A stretch of 63,140 nt of DNA from Candidatus Saccharimonadia bacterium (GCA_041906885.1 JAYRII010000006.1:1-63140), one strand, 5' to 3'; shown: positions 26,314 through 36,252, numbered from the stretch's first letter. Made by a program: numbers and translations. The notes: generated by a model not told the origin, from the letters alone.

Positions 26314-27343
26314 ACGCGAGAAAAAGCCAGAATTTGCCAAGCGTTCACTTTCCAAAAAACCAACCTCAGATCTAACTCTAGCCGAGGTTTTTAAAAAGCG
26401 TCGACATGATTTGAAGATGAGTCTAGGCGATGTCGAGCGCGGCATTAAAGTGCAACATGCTTATTTGCAAATGATCGAGAATGGCGACTACGAAAACTTG
26501 CCTAATGATATTTATTCTAAAGGCTTTGTCAAAAATTATGCTGAGTTTCTTGGCTTTGAAGCAACCCCGATTTTAGAACTTTACGATAAAGAGCGAAAAG
26601 GCAGCGGTGCTAAGCTGAAAGAGCCATCTGGCGGTTCAAAAAATATCAAGATGGGCTTACGTCCGATCGATTCCAAGCGAGTCGTCGTCACCCCAAAAAC
26701 GCTATTAATTTCCCTCGGTATTTGCTTAGTTCTGCTGGTGGTAGGCTATCTTGGTTGGCAATTTTCAGCCTTGTCGGCTCCGCCAAAACTGACGCTTGAG
26801 AATCCGGCTGAGCAGATTGTCGACACCAATTCGATCTATATCGCTGGCCGAGTCGATGGTGGCTCAGATTTATATATCAATGATTCACCGATTTTAAGCA
26901 GCCCGGATGGTAGTTTTAAAGAGAAGGTTTCGCTGGTCAATGGTGCCAATCAAATTAAAATTACCGCCAAGAATAAATTAGGTAAGACAGCTACTATTAA
27001 TAAAACTGTGGTGGCGCGTCTGCCGCAAATTGCTTCGGCCAGTCCGACGCCTACTCCGGGCACCCCGCTTGATGGCGTTGAGCTGACGGTCAAAGTAAAC
27101 GGACAAGCGGCCTGGATAATCGTTGAGACTGATGGACACGAAGCTTTTCGACAGACCATGCTTCCCGGTACGCAGCAGGTCTTTAAAGCCAAGAACCAAG
27201 TTAAGCTGACGACCGGCAACGCTGGCGCGACGGCGCTGATTTTATCTAATGGTGTGGTGGCCAGTAAGGATATTGGTAGCCTTGGTCGGCCAGGCGAGGT
27301 GAAGGCAGGGCTGGTATTTAACAAAGATACACAGGTGCAGTAG
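26300..27343 (+). CDS. RodZ-like HTH membrane protein (XRE HTH, TM segment, DUF4115-like C-terminus)
   Basis: 'IKVQHAYLQMIENGDYENLPNDIYSKGFVKNYAEFLG' and one TM segment. Start at the ATG at 26300, preceded by GAGGGAGAAG and overlapping the end of ftsK. Confidence 0.7.
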   Translation: MSPSEREKKPEFAKRSLSKKPTSDLTLAEVFKKRRHDLKMSLGDVERGIKVQHAYLQMIENGDYENLPNDIYSKGFVKNYAEFLGFEATPILELYDKERKGSGAKLKEPSGGSKNIKMGLRPIDSKRVVVTPKTLLISLGICLVLLVVGYLGWQFSALSAPPKLTLENPAEQIVDTNSIYIAGRVDGGSDLYINDSPILSSPDGSFKEKVSLVNGANQIKITAKNKLGKTATINKTVVARLPQIASASPTPTPGTPLDGVELTVKVNGQAAWIIVETDGHEAFRQTMLPGTQQVFKAKNQVKLTTGNAGATALILSNGVVASKDIGSLGRPGEVKAGLVFNKDTQVQ

Positions 27344-27554
27344 TCAGCAGTCATATTCACGCACTCTACTTCGTTACAACCTGCGATACTCATTCGACGT
27401 ACTAAAAAAGTACGCCTCATTCCGTTTCTCAGTTGTGCCTCGTATAGCACTCAAATATGGCTGCCTCTGCAATGTTCTTCCATATCCCGCTTTTGCTTGC
27501 AATTCGGTGAGTTTGCATCAATAATTAGCCCTACCTTGGAAGATAGGAGACATC

Positions 27555-27889
27555 GTGGCCCAGACCAAGAAAGCCGTATCAGATAAGCTCATTGAGAAGC
27601 TGGCCAAGCAGCTAGGTGATGACTTCGCTCATGGCTACTCAATTGAGTTGTTCAGTGAAGCGATCCTCAGGCTGTTAAGCGAGAATTTGAGAAATCGCAG
27701 TACGACCGAATCTCGCGCTTCGAGGAGAAGCTAACGCGTGCTGTAGGAAGTCAAGTCGATAGGGTCATCAACACTTTGATTCGCGAGAATCGAGAACGCA
27801 TCAGGGAAGCAACAACCAAGGCTTTCGAAGACCATCTGGACGAGCACGTCAGTGACTTGGTTGTGCGTCACTTGAAGTACGGCCGCTAA
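27555..27889 (+). pseudogene. frameshifted small ORF (two protein-like frames joined by a -1/+2 shift near 27660-27730)
   Basis: AGGAGA then GTG at 27555 opens frame A, which stops at 27732. Frame B is open from 27659 to the TAA at 27887 and has no start codon of its own. Confidence 0.45.
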
Positions 27890-27974
27890 CCGTAGCAAAA
27901 TTTTCCAGGTTGTTTACCCCGCTAGAAATAGTGGGACAACTTACTTTTGTTATAATGATAAAAAGGGGAGTAAA

Positions 27975-28472
27975 ATGGCCAAAGATTTTTCGTTTGATGT
28001 TGTCAGTGATTATGATTTGTCGGAAATGATTAATGCAATCGACCAGGCCGGCCGCGAGCTGATGACGCGCTATGATTTTCAAGGCACCGGCAGCAAAGCT
28101 ACTTTTGTGCGTGACAAAAACTTAATCGATATTGAGTCTAATTCTGAGCTTAAGCTCGAGACAATCACAGATGTGATCGAGAGCAAACTCCTCAAGCGCG
28201 GCATTAGCTTAAAGGTACTCGACAAAAGCGGTGAGGTGCAAAGTGCGAACATGATTTACCGCAAGACTTTGCCGCTCATCAAGGGACTTGACCAGGAAAA
28301 GGCAAAAAAAATTAGCAAGCTGGTGCGCGAAGCGTATCCAAAGGTTAAGACGCAGATTCAGGGTGAAGAAGTCAGGATCAGTGCTGCGAGCAAAGATGAT
28401 TTGCAGGGAGTGATGGCGTCTTTAAAGCAAGCCGATCTGGATTTTCCAATAAGTTTTACTAATTATAGATAA
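27975..28472 (+). CDS. yajQ: YajQ-family nucleotide-binding protein (UPF0234)
   Basis: 'FSFDVVSDYDLSEMINAIDQAGRELMTRYDFQGT', 165 aa. Confidence 0.85.
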   Translation: MAKDFSFDVVSDYDLSEMINAIDQAGRELMTRYDFQGTGSKATFVRDKNLIDIESNSELKLETITDVIESKLLKRGISLKVLDKSGEVQSANMIYRKTLPLIKGLDQEKAKKISKLVREAYPKVKTQIQGEEVRISAASKDDLQGVMASLKQADLDFPISFTNYR

Positions 28473-28485
28473 TTATTAAAAACTG

Positions 28486-28515
28486 TTGACATGTACGGTA
28501 ATTGTTCGTTATCAT
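28486..28515 (+). promoter_or_regulatory. recA promoter TTGACA-18-TATCAT
   Basis: TTGACA at 28486-28491 and TATCAT at 28510-28515. Confidence 0.55.
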
Positions 28516-28539
28516 AAAACAAGAACAAATAACGAACAA
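28503..28539. promoter_or_regulatory. perfect 11-bp inverted repeat overlapping the recA -10/5' UTR (candidate operator or UTR hairpin)
   Basis: TTGTTCGTTAT-n15-ATAACGAACAA, containing GTTC/GAAC cores. Confidence 0.4.
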
Positions 28540-28549
28540 GGAGTATGGC

Positions 28550-29623
28550 ATGGCAGCAGCAAGTGCTACAATAGTGAAGTCAGAAAAAGTAAAGCAGAGT
28601 GAGGAAGTTTTGACTCCTAAAGATCAGAGCGGCAGTGATAAAGGTGCCCGCGTCAAAGCGGTCGAGCTAGCTGTCGAGCAAATTGAACGGCAATTTGGCA
28701 AGGGTGCGATTATGAAATTGGGTGAGAGCTCAAAGGTGCAGGTTGAGACTATACCGACCGGTAGCTTGAGCTTGGACTTGGCTCTTGGTGGTGGTATACC
28801 AAGGGGTCGGATCGTTGAGATCTACGGACCCGAGTCCAGCGGTAAGACCACTCTAGCACTTCATGCTGTGGCTGAAGTCCAAAAGAAAGGTGGGTTGGCG
28901 GCATTCATTGATGCTGAGCATGCACTTGACCCGGAGTATGCTGCTAAGATTGGCGTTAAACTTGATGATTTACTTATTTCCCAGCCAGATACTGGTGAGC
29001 AGGCCTTAGAGATTTGTGAGACGTTGGTACGCTCTAGTGCCGTTGATATCGTGATTGTTGACTCGGTGGCCGCCCTGGTGCCACGAGCAGAGATCGAGGG
29101 CGAGATGGGCGACTCACACATGGGCTTGCAAGCTCGCCTGATGAGTCAAGCTCTACGTAAGTTGACCGGTGTAATCAGTAAATCCAAAACTACTGTTATA
29201 TTCATCAATCAGTTGCGCATGAAGATCGGTGTGATGTTTGGTAGCCCAGAAGTAACCTCTGGAGGTAACGCACTCAAATACTATTCAAGTGTCCGGATGG
29301 ACATTCGCCGCAGTGAGCAGCTTAAGGATGGTGATAAGAGTGTTGGTAATCATGTCAAAGTAAAGGTTGTGAAGAATAAGATTGCCGCACCATTTAAGAT
29401 TGCAGAATTTGACATCATGTTCAACGAGGGAATTTCTCGAGCTGGGGACTTAATTGACCTGGCCGTCAAATACGATCTGGTGAATAAGGCAGGAGCTTGG
29501 TACGCCTACAAGGACGAAAAAATTGGCCAGGGTAGGGAAGCCGCCAAGCAATTTCTAAAAGAACATCCAAAAGTCATGGATGAGCTAGATGCTGCTATTC
29601 GCAAGCAAGAAGCCGCGAGCTAG
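28550..29623 (+). CDS. recA: recombinase RecA
   Basis: '[20 protein letters not shown]' Walker A and '[28 protein letters not shown]'. Start at the ATG at 28550, 6 nt after AAGGAG. Confidence 0.97.
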   Translation: MAAASATIVKSEKVKQSEEVLTPKDQSGSDKGARVKAVELAVEQIERQFGKGAIMKLGESSKVQVETIPTGSLSLDLALGGGIPRGRIVEIYGPESSGKTTLALHAVAEVQKKGGLAAFIDAEHALDPEYAAKIGVKLDDLLISQPDTGEQALEICETLVRSSAVDIVIVDSVAALVPRAEIEGEMGDSHMGLQARLMSQALRKLTGVISKSKTTVIFINQLRMKIGVMFGSPEVTSGGNALKYYSSVRMDIRRSEQLKDGDKSVGNHVKVKVVKNKIAAPFKIAEFDIMFNEGISRAGDLIDLAVKYDLVNKAGAWYAYKDEKIGQGREAAKQFLKEHPKVMDELDAAIRKQEAAS

Positions 29624-29661
29624 CCAAACCGTAATTGTCTAATAATAAGCTGGTGGTACTT

Positions 29662-30303
29662 ATGCCTATAATTACCGACATTAGTCCACAAAAAAAGCGA
29701 ACTGGCTACTACAATGTATTTGTAGATGGCGAGTTTGCTTTTAGTTTGAGTGACTTGCAACTATCAAATTCTCATTTATCAATTGGCCAGGCGTATTCAG
29801 AAGCTGATATCATTCAAATCAAAAATGATGCAAATGCTACCAAAGTTTATTCCCGTTGCCTCGACTATATAAGTCGACGTCAGAGATCTGAGTGGGAGCT
29901 GCGTGATTATCTAAAGCGCAAAGAGACCAGTCAAGAAGTAATTGATCAAGTGATAGAAAAATTAATTATCGAAAATCATCTGGATGACTATCGATTTGCC
30001 CAGGCTTGGGTGCATGATCGAGATATGTTGAAGCCGCGATCAAAAAAGCAACTGCAGGCAGAGCTGATTAAAAAGCACATCGCCAAGGACATAATTGTTC
30101 AAGTACTTAGGGCGCAAGATGAGTCACAAGAATTGACTAATTTAAAACAAATAGCCATAAAAAAATTGCCACGTTACAGTGACAGAATAAAATTAACTGT
30201 ATATTTGGTCGGCCAGGGATATAACTATTCCCTGGTTAAAACCACCCTCGATAATTTAATGGCTGAAAATAACGAACTTGGCGGCGACGCCGATAACCAG
30301 TAG
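29662..30303 (+). CDS. recX: recombination regulator RecX
   Basis: Immediately downstream of recA with the typical three-repeat helical pattern ('YNVFVDGEFAFSL...', 'RSEWELRDYLKRK'). Start at the ATG at 29662. Confidence 0.75.
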   Translation: MPIITDISPQKKRTGYYNVFVDGEFAFSLSDLQLSNSHLSIGQAYSEADIIQIKNDANATKVYSRCLDYISRRQRSEWELRDYLKRKETSQEVIDQVIEKLIIENHLDDYRFAQAWVHDRDMLKPRSKKQLQAELIKKHIAKDIIVQVLRAQDESQELTNLKQIAIKKLPRYSDRIKLTVYLVGQGYNYSLVKTTLDNLMAENNELGGDADNQ

Positions 30304-30364
30304 CCAGACAATTACTGCGATCAAATCTTTCACCCTCTATAACTTGCTTTTACTTAATAGTAAG

Positions 30365-30895
30365 CTAAGTGTTTTTAACTGGCAAGGCATTTGTGATCAT
30401 TTGCTTGTTATTTATGGTTGCCTCACGCACGATTATTTTGTTTGGTTTGATATCAACAATATCCGACCGATCAATTATGAGATCAGATTGTATGATATTT
30501 TTAAATAGGTTGGTATGGACATACAGCTTGCTAATGATGTAGACGGTATTATCAATAATATAATCTTCAACCTTGCCGAGTTTTTTGCCGCCGATCGTGA
30601 TCACTGGAAGGTTTAAGATTGTTAGATCTCGTTTGATTATCTCGCGGTCTCTTATTAGATCATCTTCATCTGCAATCTTATCTTCCGAGTCCACAATAAT
30701 TGACTTCTGCTCAGATAGCCTGACGTCTAGTGGGCTCAAGAAACCAATTCTTTTTTCTCCGCTGACAGATACGACAAATAAACTTACTTTTAGGTCGGCC
30801 TCACTGAGCAGTATTTTCTTGACCGTACCAATCGGACCACCGAGTCTGAGGCTTAGTATTTTTGAGTTTATTAAGTCGCTTGCCAGTAGTTTCAT
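30365..30895 (-). CDS. PRC-barrel-like domain protein (two repeats)
   Basis: Two similar halves ('...GGPIGTVKKILL...' and '...GGKKLGKVEDYIID...') resemble YlmC/YmxH PRC barrels. Confidence 0.45.
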   Translation of the reverse strand: MKLLASDLINSKILSLRLGGPIGTVKKILLSEADLKVSLFVVSVSGEKRIGFLSPLDVRLSEQKSIIVDSEDKIADEDDLIRDREIIKRDLTILNLPVITIGGKKLGKVEDYIIDNTVYIISKLYVHTNLFKNIIQSDLIIDRSDIVDIKPNKIIVREATINNKQMITNALPVKNT

Positions 30896-31049
30896 GGGCC
30901 TATTATACCTTGACCAAAAGCTAATTATAAGATAAAATAGGTGAGTTATATTATTTAGTATCCTTTTTGTTGTAGCAGATATTTATATTAACCAGCGACT
31001 ACAGCAAATCCGTATTATAGCGGAGATCCAAAGGAAGGAGCTTACAAAA

Positions 31050-31475
31050 ATGCGACTTTATGAAGTGGCAGTGGTCTTGCATCCCGATCTAGAGATCGAT
31101 CTAGAAAATGCTAGCACCAAGATAGAGAAAATAATTGAGGGTGCCAAAGGTACGATTGTCAAGCGTGACAATTGGGGCAAACGTAAATTAGCCTATAAAA
31201 TCAATAAGCAAGATTGGGGCATTTATATATTCTACCAGGTGGAGCTAGATCCGCAGGCGGTAGCTAAGATCGAAAATACACTTCGGATTACTGAGGAAGT
31301 GATGCGTTATTTGGTCGTATCTTTGGACCACATTCGCTATATTCGGAAAACCCAAGATTCTAAAAAACCTAACCAAAAGCCTATTGCGAGTACAAAAGCC
31401 AAAGATGACATAAAGACTGAAGCTATCCAAGACAAAGAGGTAACCAAGCAAGAGACTAAGAAAGAGGAGAAGTAA
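31050..31475 (+). CDS. rpsF: 30S ribosomal protein S6 with a charged C-terminal tail
   Basis: 'MRLYEVAVVLHPDLE...NWGKRKLAYKI', in rpsF-ssb-rpsR synteny. Confidence 0.9.
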   Translation: MRLYEVAVVLHPDLEIDLENASTKIEKIIEGAKGTIVKRDNWGKRKLAYKINKQDWGIYIFYQVELDPQAVAKIENTLRITEEVMRYLVVSLDHIRYIRKTQDSKKPNQKPIASTKAKDDIKTEAIQDKEVTKQETKKEEK

Positions 31476-31477
31476 TA

Positions 31478-31945
31478 ATGGCAAAGGACTTTAATCAAGC
31501 AATTGTAATGGGAAATCTAACGCGCGATCCGGAACTACGCACCACACCATCCGGACAGTCGGTCGCTAGCTTTAGTGTTGCTACCAATCGCAGCTGGCAG
31601 GATCCGTCAGGTGAGCGCCGTGACTCGGTCGAGTATCACGATGTTGTTGCTTGGGGCAAATTGGGTGAGCTAGTTAGTAATTATCTGGCTAAAGGCCGCA
31701 AGGTTTTGGTGGTTGGTCGCTTGCAAACCCGCAGCTGGGAAGCACAAGATGGCAGCAAGCGTCAAAAAACTGAGATTGTTGCAACTGATATCAATTTTGT
31801 TGACCGAGTCGGTGAGGGTGGAGATTTTAACTCGTCGAGTGCAGCTAGTGCGCCTACCAAAGACAACACCAAGAAGAAGAGTGATGATGTGGTGATCGAG
31901 GATATGGGTGATGGGGAGATTAATTTGGACGATATCCCTTTCTAA
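31478..31945 (+). CDS. ssb: single-stranded DNA-binding protein
   Basis: OB fold 'NQAIVMGNLTRDPELRTTPSGQSVASFSVATNRSW' and an acidic tip '...DDIPF'. Confidence 0.95.
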   Translation: MAKDFNQAIVMGNLTRDPELRTTPSGQSVASFSVATNRSWQDPSGERRDSVEYHDVVAWGKLGELVSNYLAKGRKVLVVGRLQTRSWEAQDGSKRQKTEIVATDINFVDRVGEGGDFNSSSAASAPTKDNTKKKSDDVVIEDMGDGEINLDDIPF

Positions 31946-32122
31946 ATCTCGGTTTTTCCTCTTCGCGCTTTTTGCACTTTCTAAGCAGCATCTGCTTGTT
32001 CAACGTAGGTATACTACGCCTCGCTTCACAGAGTATACTTATCAAGCATAAGCCCATCGAAGCATTAAAAACCTCTTCCGTGAGTCAACTAGAAAAATAT
32101 TTAACTTAAGAGAAAGTAAACA

Positions 32123-32341
32123 ATGGCAGAATTTTACAATCGCAAACAGAATAGATTTTATTCAGAAAAAATCGATTATATCGATTATAAAGATATTAAG
32201 TTTTTGCAGCGTTATCTCACTAGTGTCGGCAAGATTGAGCCGCGTAAACGAACTGGCGCCTCGATGAAACACCAGCGCATGTTAGCTAAGGCATTGAAGC
32301 GAGCGCGTCATCTGGCTTTATTGCCATTTGTTGTTCGCTAA
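32123..32341 (+). CDS. rpsR: 30S ribosomal protein S18
   Basis: '[26 protein letters not shown]...[21 protein letters not shown]'. Confidence 0.9.
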   Translation: MAEFYNRKQNRFYSEKIDYIDYKDIKFLQRYLTSVGKIEPRKRTGASMKHQRMLAKALKRARHLALLPFVVR

Positions 32342-32559
32342 TTGGGCGCACGCATGCCACGCCAAGTGGCGTTATGAGCTACGATGCACATGTCATTACA
32401 CCTTTTATGTAAACTGCATTCGAGCTCATCGTTCATACTTTACTTGGTATAGACATTCATTGCACCTCATTTTTATAGTTTTTATCCTGAACTTTCCTCA
32501 GGCTAAAAAAGTTTAGTCTTGATAGAAAACTTACTACCTTTTTAAAAAGAAAGGAAAAT

Positions 32560-33120
32560 ATGTACGGCATTACAGATCTGCGTAAAGATACTCTAATAGA
32601 TATTGATGGTGTGCCTTATCGCGTGACCGATTATTCACATACCCAGATGGGACGCGGCGGGGCGACCGTTCGAGTTAAGGTCAAAAATCTACTCAATGGT
32701 TCGATGCTAGAAAAAGTCTATAAAAATGATGAAAAAATCGAGCCAGCTTCGATCGAAAAAGTAACTTTACAGTATCTTTACCAAAACGGTAATAAAGCCG
32801 TATTTATGGATATGACAACTTTTGACCAGCAAGAAATTAACCGAGAAATGGCCACAGATGTAATAAAATTTATTCCTGAGGGTGGTGAAGTATCGGCTAT
32901 GCTCTACAAAGACCAAGTGATCGGCTTTGATCTGCCCAAAAATACACCGATCAAAGTCTCCAGCGCACCCGGTGGAGCGAAAGGTGACACGGCCACTGGT
33001 GCTACTAAAGCCGTCGAGCTAGAGACCGGCATCGAGATCCAAGTGCCGCTCTTTATCAAAACTGGTGATATGGTAAAAGTCGACACTCGCACCGGCCAGT
33101 ACCTTGAGCGGATGAAGTAG
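32560..33120 (+). CDS. efp: elongation factor P
   Basis: 186 aa with 'DGVPYRVTDYSHTQMGRGGATVRVKVKNLLNG'. Confidence 0.95.
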   Translation: MYGITDLRKDTLIDIDGVPYRVTDYSHTQMGRGGATVRVKVKNLLNGSMLEKVYKNDEKIEPASIEKVTLQYLYQNGNKAVFMDMTTFDQQEINREMATDVIKFIPEGGEVSAMLYKDQVIGFDLPKNTPIKVSSAPGGAKGDTATGATKAVELETGIEIQVPLFIKTGDMVKVDTRTGQYLERMK

Positions 33121-33135
33121 TTTATACTTAAACCC

Positions 33136-33990
33136 ATGGAATCAGTCTTGGCGGCAATCGGTGCTAATATTGGCTATGCGGTGGGGGATATTTTTGGGAC
33201 GAAGTCGTCACGAAAAATCCAACCTTTGCTGACCACCTTTTGGGTAGTGGTTTTTAATGTATTAATTTTTTCGCCCCTTGCGTTTGTCTTTCGAGACAAC
33301 ATAAGTCATTTTACTGTTTGGCATATATTTTTAACACTCACCTTAGCTATCCTGCTCAATTATTCTTACTTAAACTTTAATCGCGCTCTAGCTATCGGTA
33401 ATGCACCATTGGTCGGTGCGATTACAGGGTCTTTTCCTGCGCTGGTGGTGATCTTTTCGCTTATTATATTCAAAGAGTCAATCACGTTTCTACAGGGAAT
33501 AATGATTAGTCTAGTCATAATCGGTATTATTCTATCAAGCATAGATTTTCGTCAAAAAATTACAAAAGTACACGTTTCAATTCGCTACGCCCTGTTAACT
33601 CTTGCTGGCTGGGGACTGTACTTTACTCTTATCAAGGTTCCAATTGTCCAGATTGGCTGGTTTTGGGTTCATTATTTAACAAACATTCTTGGTGTATTCT
33701 TCTTTGGAGCGATTCTACTATCTAAACGTCAAACAGTATTTAAAAAACCTACAAAGGTACTTTATTTACCAGCCATAACAGCATTACTCACTGGTGGTGC
33801 TACTTTGTTATTTAACTTTGCGCTTAATTTTGGTAAAAGCTCTGTTGTGGCACCGATTGCTGGTAGCTATCCAGCTTTGTTTGCTATCTTGGCGTTCTTT
33901 ATTTTTAAAGAGAAATTGACTAGACAACAAATAATCGGCGTAGTTATTACTCTGGCATCGGTTATTGCATTGTCTTTTATAAGTGTTTAG
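33136..33990 (+). CDS. EamA/DMT-family transporter
   Basis: About 10 TM segments arranged as two EamA-like halves. Confidence 0.7.
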   Translation: MESVLAAIGANIGYAVGDIFGTKSSRKIQPLLTTFWVVVFNVLIFSPLAFVFRDNISHFTVWHIFLTLTLAILLNYSYLNFNRALAIGNAPLVGAITGSFPALVVIFSLIIFKESITFLQGIMISLVIIGIILSSIDFRQKITKVHVSIRYALLTLAGWGLYFTLIKVPIVQIGWFWVHYLTNILGVFFFGAILLSKRQTVFKKPTKVLYLPAITALLTGGATLLFNFALNFGKSSVVAPIAGSYPALFAILAFFIFKEKLTRQQIIGVVITLASVIALSFISV

Positions 33991-34018
33991 ATTAATCGGT
34001 AAGTAGAGGAATTTAATT

Positions 34019-34411
34019 ATGCCCGACAGAATTTCAGCCTTAATAATAAAGGATAAAAAACTGCTCATAGTCACAGGCTATGATGAAGATATCTGGTGGA
34101 CGCCAGGTGGTAAGGTGGATAAGGGCGAAGATCGCGAAATTGCTTTGAAACGTGAGATCAAAGAGGAACTAGGTGTTGACGTAAAATCCGCCAAAAAATA
34201 TCATGAGAAACTCGTAATAAATTCAATTACAAAAAAGCCGCAACAAGTCTACTTTTATCTTGTAAACACAACTGGCGAAATTAAGCCGCATTCTGAAATT
34301 ACAAAATTTCACTGGCTAAGTGCCGACGAAGCCAAGTCTAATAAACTTAAACTAAGCAATGTGATGACAGAAGTGCTGCTGCCCATGCTCATCCAAGACA
34401 ATATACTATGA
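34019..34411 (+). CDS. NUDIX hydrolase
   Basis: Nudix box 'GGKVDKGEDREIALKREIKEELGV'. Confidence 0.8.
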   Translation: MPDRISALIIKDKKLLIVTGYDEDIWWTPGGKVDKGEDREIALKREIKEELGVDVKSAKKYHEKLVINSITKKPQQVYFYLVNTTGEIKPHSEITKFHWLSADEAKSNKLKLSNVMTEVLLPMLIQDNIL

Positions 34412-34423
34412 TAAATTATAATT

Positions 34424-34987
34424 ATGGAAGCCAAATTCGAAAAAATATATCACGACATACAGGCTACAGCTGACAAGACCAAGAGGCGTCAATTAATTGG
34501 CAAGCTGACCTTGACACTGATTGACGCGTCGATTGCAAAAGAGATTGATTGGCGTTTAGTTAATCAATATGCACGCAAGCTAAAGCCTTTGAAAGGTAAA
34601 AAAGATCTGATGATGCGGGATCTAATCTGCGATCTAGAGCATTGGGATGATTACACTAGAGACCATGGCGAATTTGAACGGATTAGGCAATTCGCCCTCG
34701 ATATTTCGAAGGGAATATTTTATGAAGAGCTGACGACGGTGATGGTTTATTACGTCAAGCGCCAGGCTGACCGCACGCTTGGCGGTGTGAGTTATGTGGC
34801 GTGGGACGATCAGGGTAAATTATGCACGCGCACTACTAATTCATTGACGCAGACATTAGATCCAATATTGCATAAGTCCAAAAATATCGATGATTTCATT
34901 AGTCGCTTGCCAGCTAAAATTGGTGAGCTGGAGCTTTTTGATAAGACTGAGGTCTTGCAAAAATTTAGATTTGATATTGATGTCTAG
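34424..34987 (+). CDS. hypothetical protein
   Basis: 187-aa ORF. No motif recognised. Confidence 0.5.
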   Translation: MEAKFEKIYHDIQATADKTKRRQLIGKLTLTLIDASIAKEIDWRLVNQYARKLKPLKGKKDLMMRDLICDLEHWDDYTRDHGEFERIRQFALDISKGIFYEELTTVMVYYVKRQADRTLGGVSYVAWDDQGKLCTRTTNSLTQTLDPILHKSKNIDDFISRLPAKIGELELFDKTEVLQKFRFDIDV

Positions 34988-35198
34988 AGGTTGTCAAATC
35001 TTAGAATAATAAGCAATAAGGATACCTACTTTCTGCTATAAAGAGTACTTATATTGTTTAAAAATATAAGCAAATATTATTATTTGCTGGCTTGATTCTT
35101 TTTGATATTTGCTTCGAGTAGTTTGATTCACTTTTTTAGATTAAATACTTCCTCGGCCAGCACATCAGCGTCTTCAATGGTGCGCTTTTCTAAAAAGA

Positions 35199-35456
35199 TC
35201 AGTCTTCTTTTATATTATTTAGCTCGGTGTGGACTTTAGAAAACTCATCACGCGTCTCTGAGCGCAACTCAGTTCGTAACTCGGTGATATCTTGATTAAG
35301 TCCTGTTCGAACATCAGATATTTCTACTTTAACATTAGCAAATTCTTGCGAAGTCATCGTTGCCAGCTCGTCAATAGTGATACTTAGCTCACCGACAGCG
35401 TGATCAACAATTTCTTTAACATCTTTTTTGGTAGCGTAGCTTATTTTATTCTCCAA
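35199..35456 (-). CDS. short coiled-coil protein, truncated paralog of the 54240-54899 gene
   Basis: 'ATKKDVKEIVDH...' resembles 'LTKEDISQIKNLID...'. A C-terminal homologous piece continues out of frame at 35128-35193. Confidence 0.45.
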   Translation of the reverse strand: MENKISYATKKDVKEIVDHAVGELSITIDELATMTSQEFANVKVEISDVRTGLNQDITELRTELRSETRDEFSKVHTELNNIKED

Positions 35457-35574
35457 TATTTATTCTAAAGACAGACTAACTTTAATAGTAGCGAGCAAAA
35501 TACGAATACACAACAATTGAATTTGCAAAAAAAAAACACTTTAGTAGAATAGAATTAATTATTAGGAGATAAGA

Positions 35575-36249
35575 ATGAGTGAAATAATTGAAATGAATCC
35601 CGAGCGTGACCAACAAAAACCAAATCCAGTTAGTGAGTCTCGATTAGAGGCGGCTAAAGCATTGGGGTTAGAAATAGCTGATCAACCCACGTCATTAGAT
35701 GACAAAATCAAGGCTGGGTTGTCTGAACGATTTAGTGGACCAAATCCTGATGAGGCTCATAAAGAGTTAACTGCGAAATGGAAGAGCAATGCAGAGTTTA
35801 AAAATAATCAAATATTGAATTTTATCAATGAACATCAAAATCCTGATTTTACACCTAATAATATTGATCTTGCCAGGTCTCAAGGGGATGTAATCAAAGT
35901 TACTGGTGATGATGTCACGTCTTCCGAAATAGCTAGCCTGGAATCTAATGGTAAAATTACCGGTAGAGCATTAGCTCTCGAAGCACTCAGTGCTTCGGCT
36001 GTAAATACTGCTGGACAAGTTGCAGAAATATCCCCTCTAGAAATGGCAGGAGCAATTGAATCTGCCAGCTATGATGTTTTTGGAAATTCACAAAATGGCG
36101 CACCAGCCGTTATTGAAAGAAAGATAGTCACATCAAAAGGCACAATTTATGAGCGTCATTTATTGCAAGCCGGTGATGAGACTACCGCAGGCGTGCAAGT
36201 TGTTTTTGATCCATCTGAAGTGTTACCTAGCAGTACTAAATTAGCTTAG
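35575..36249 (+). CDS. hypothetical protein
   Basis: 224-aa ORF preceded by AGGAG. No motif recognised. Confidence 0.5.
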   Translation: MSEIIEMNPERDQQKPNPVSESRLEAAKALGLEIADQPTSLDDKIKAGLSERFSGPNPDEAHKELTAKWKSNAEFKNNQILNFINEHQNPDFTPNNIDLARSQGDVIKVTGDDVTSSEIASLESNGKITGRALALEALSASAVNTAGQVAEISPLEMAGAIESASYDVFGNSQNGAPAVIERKIVTSKGTIYERHLLQAGDETTAGVQVVFDPSEVLPSSTKLA

Positions 36250-36252
36250 ATA

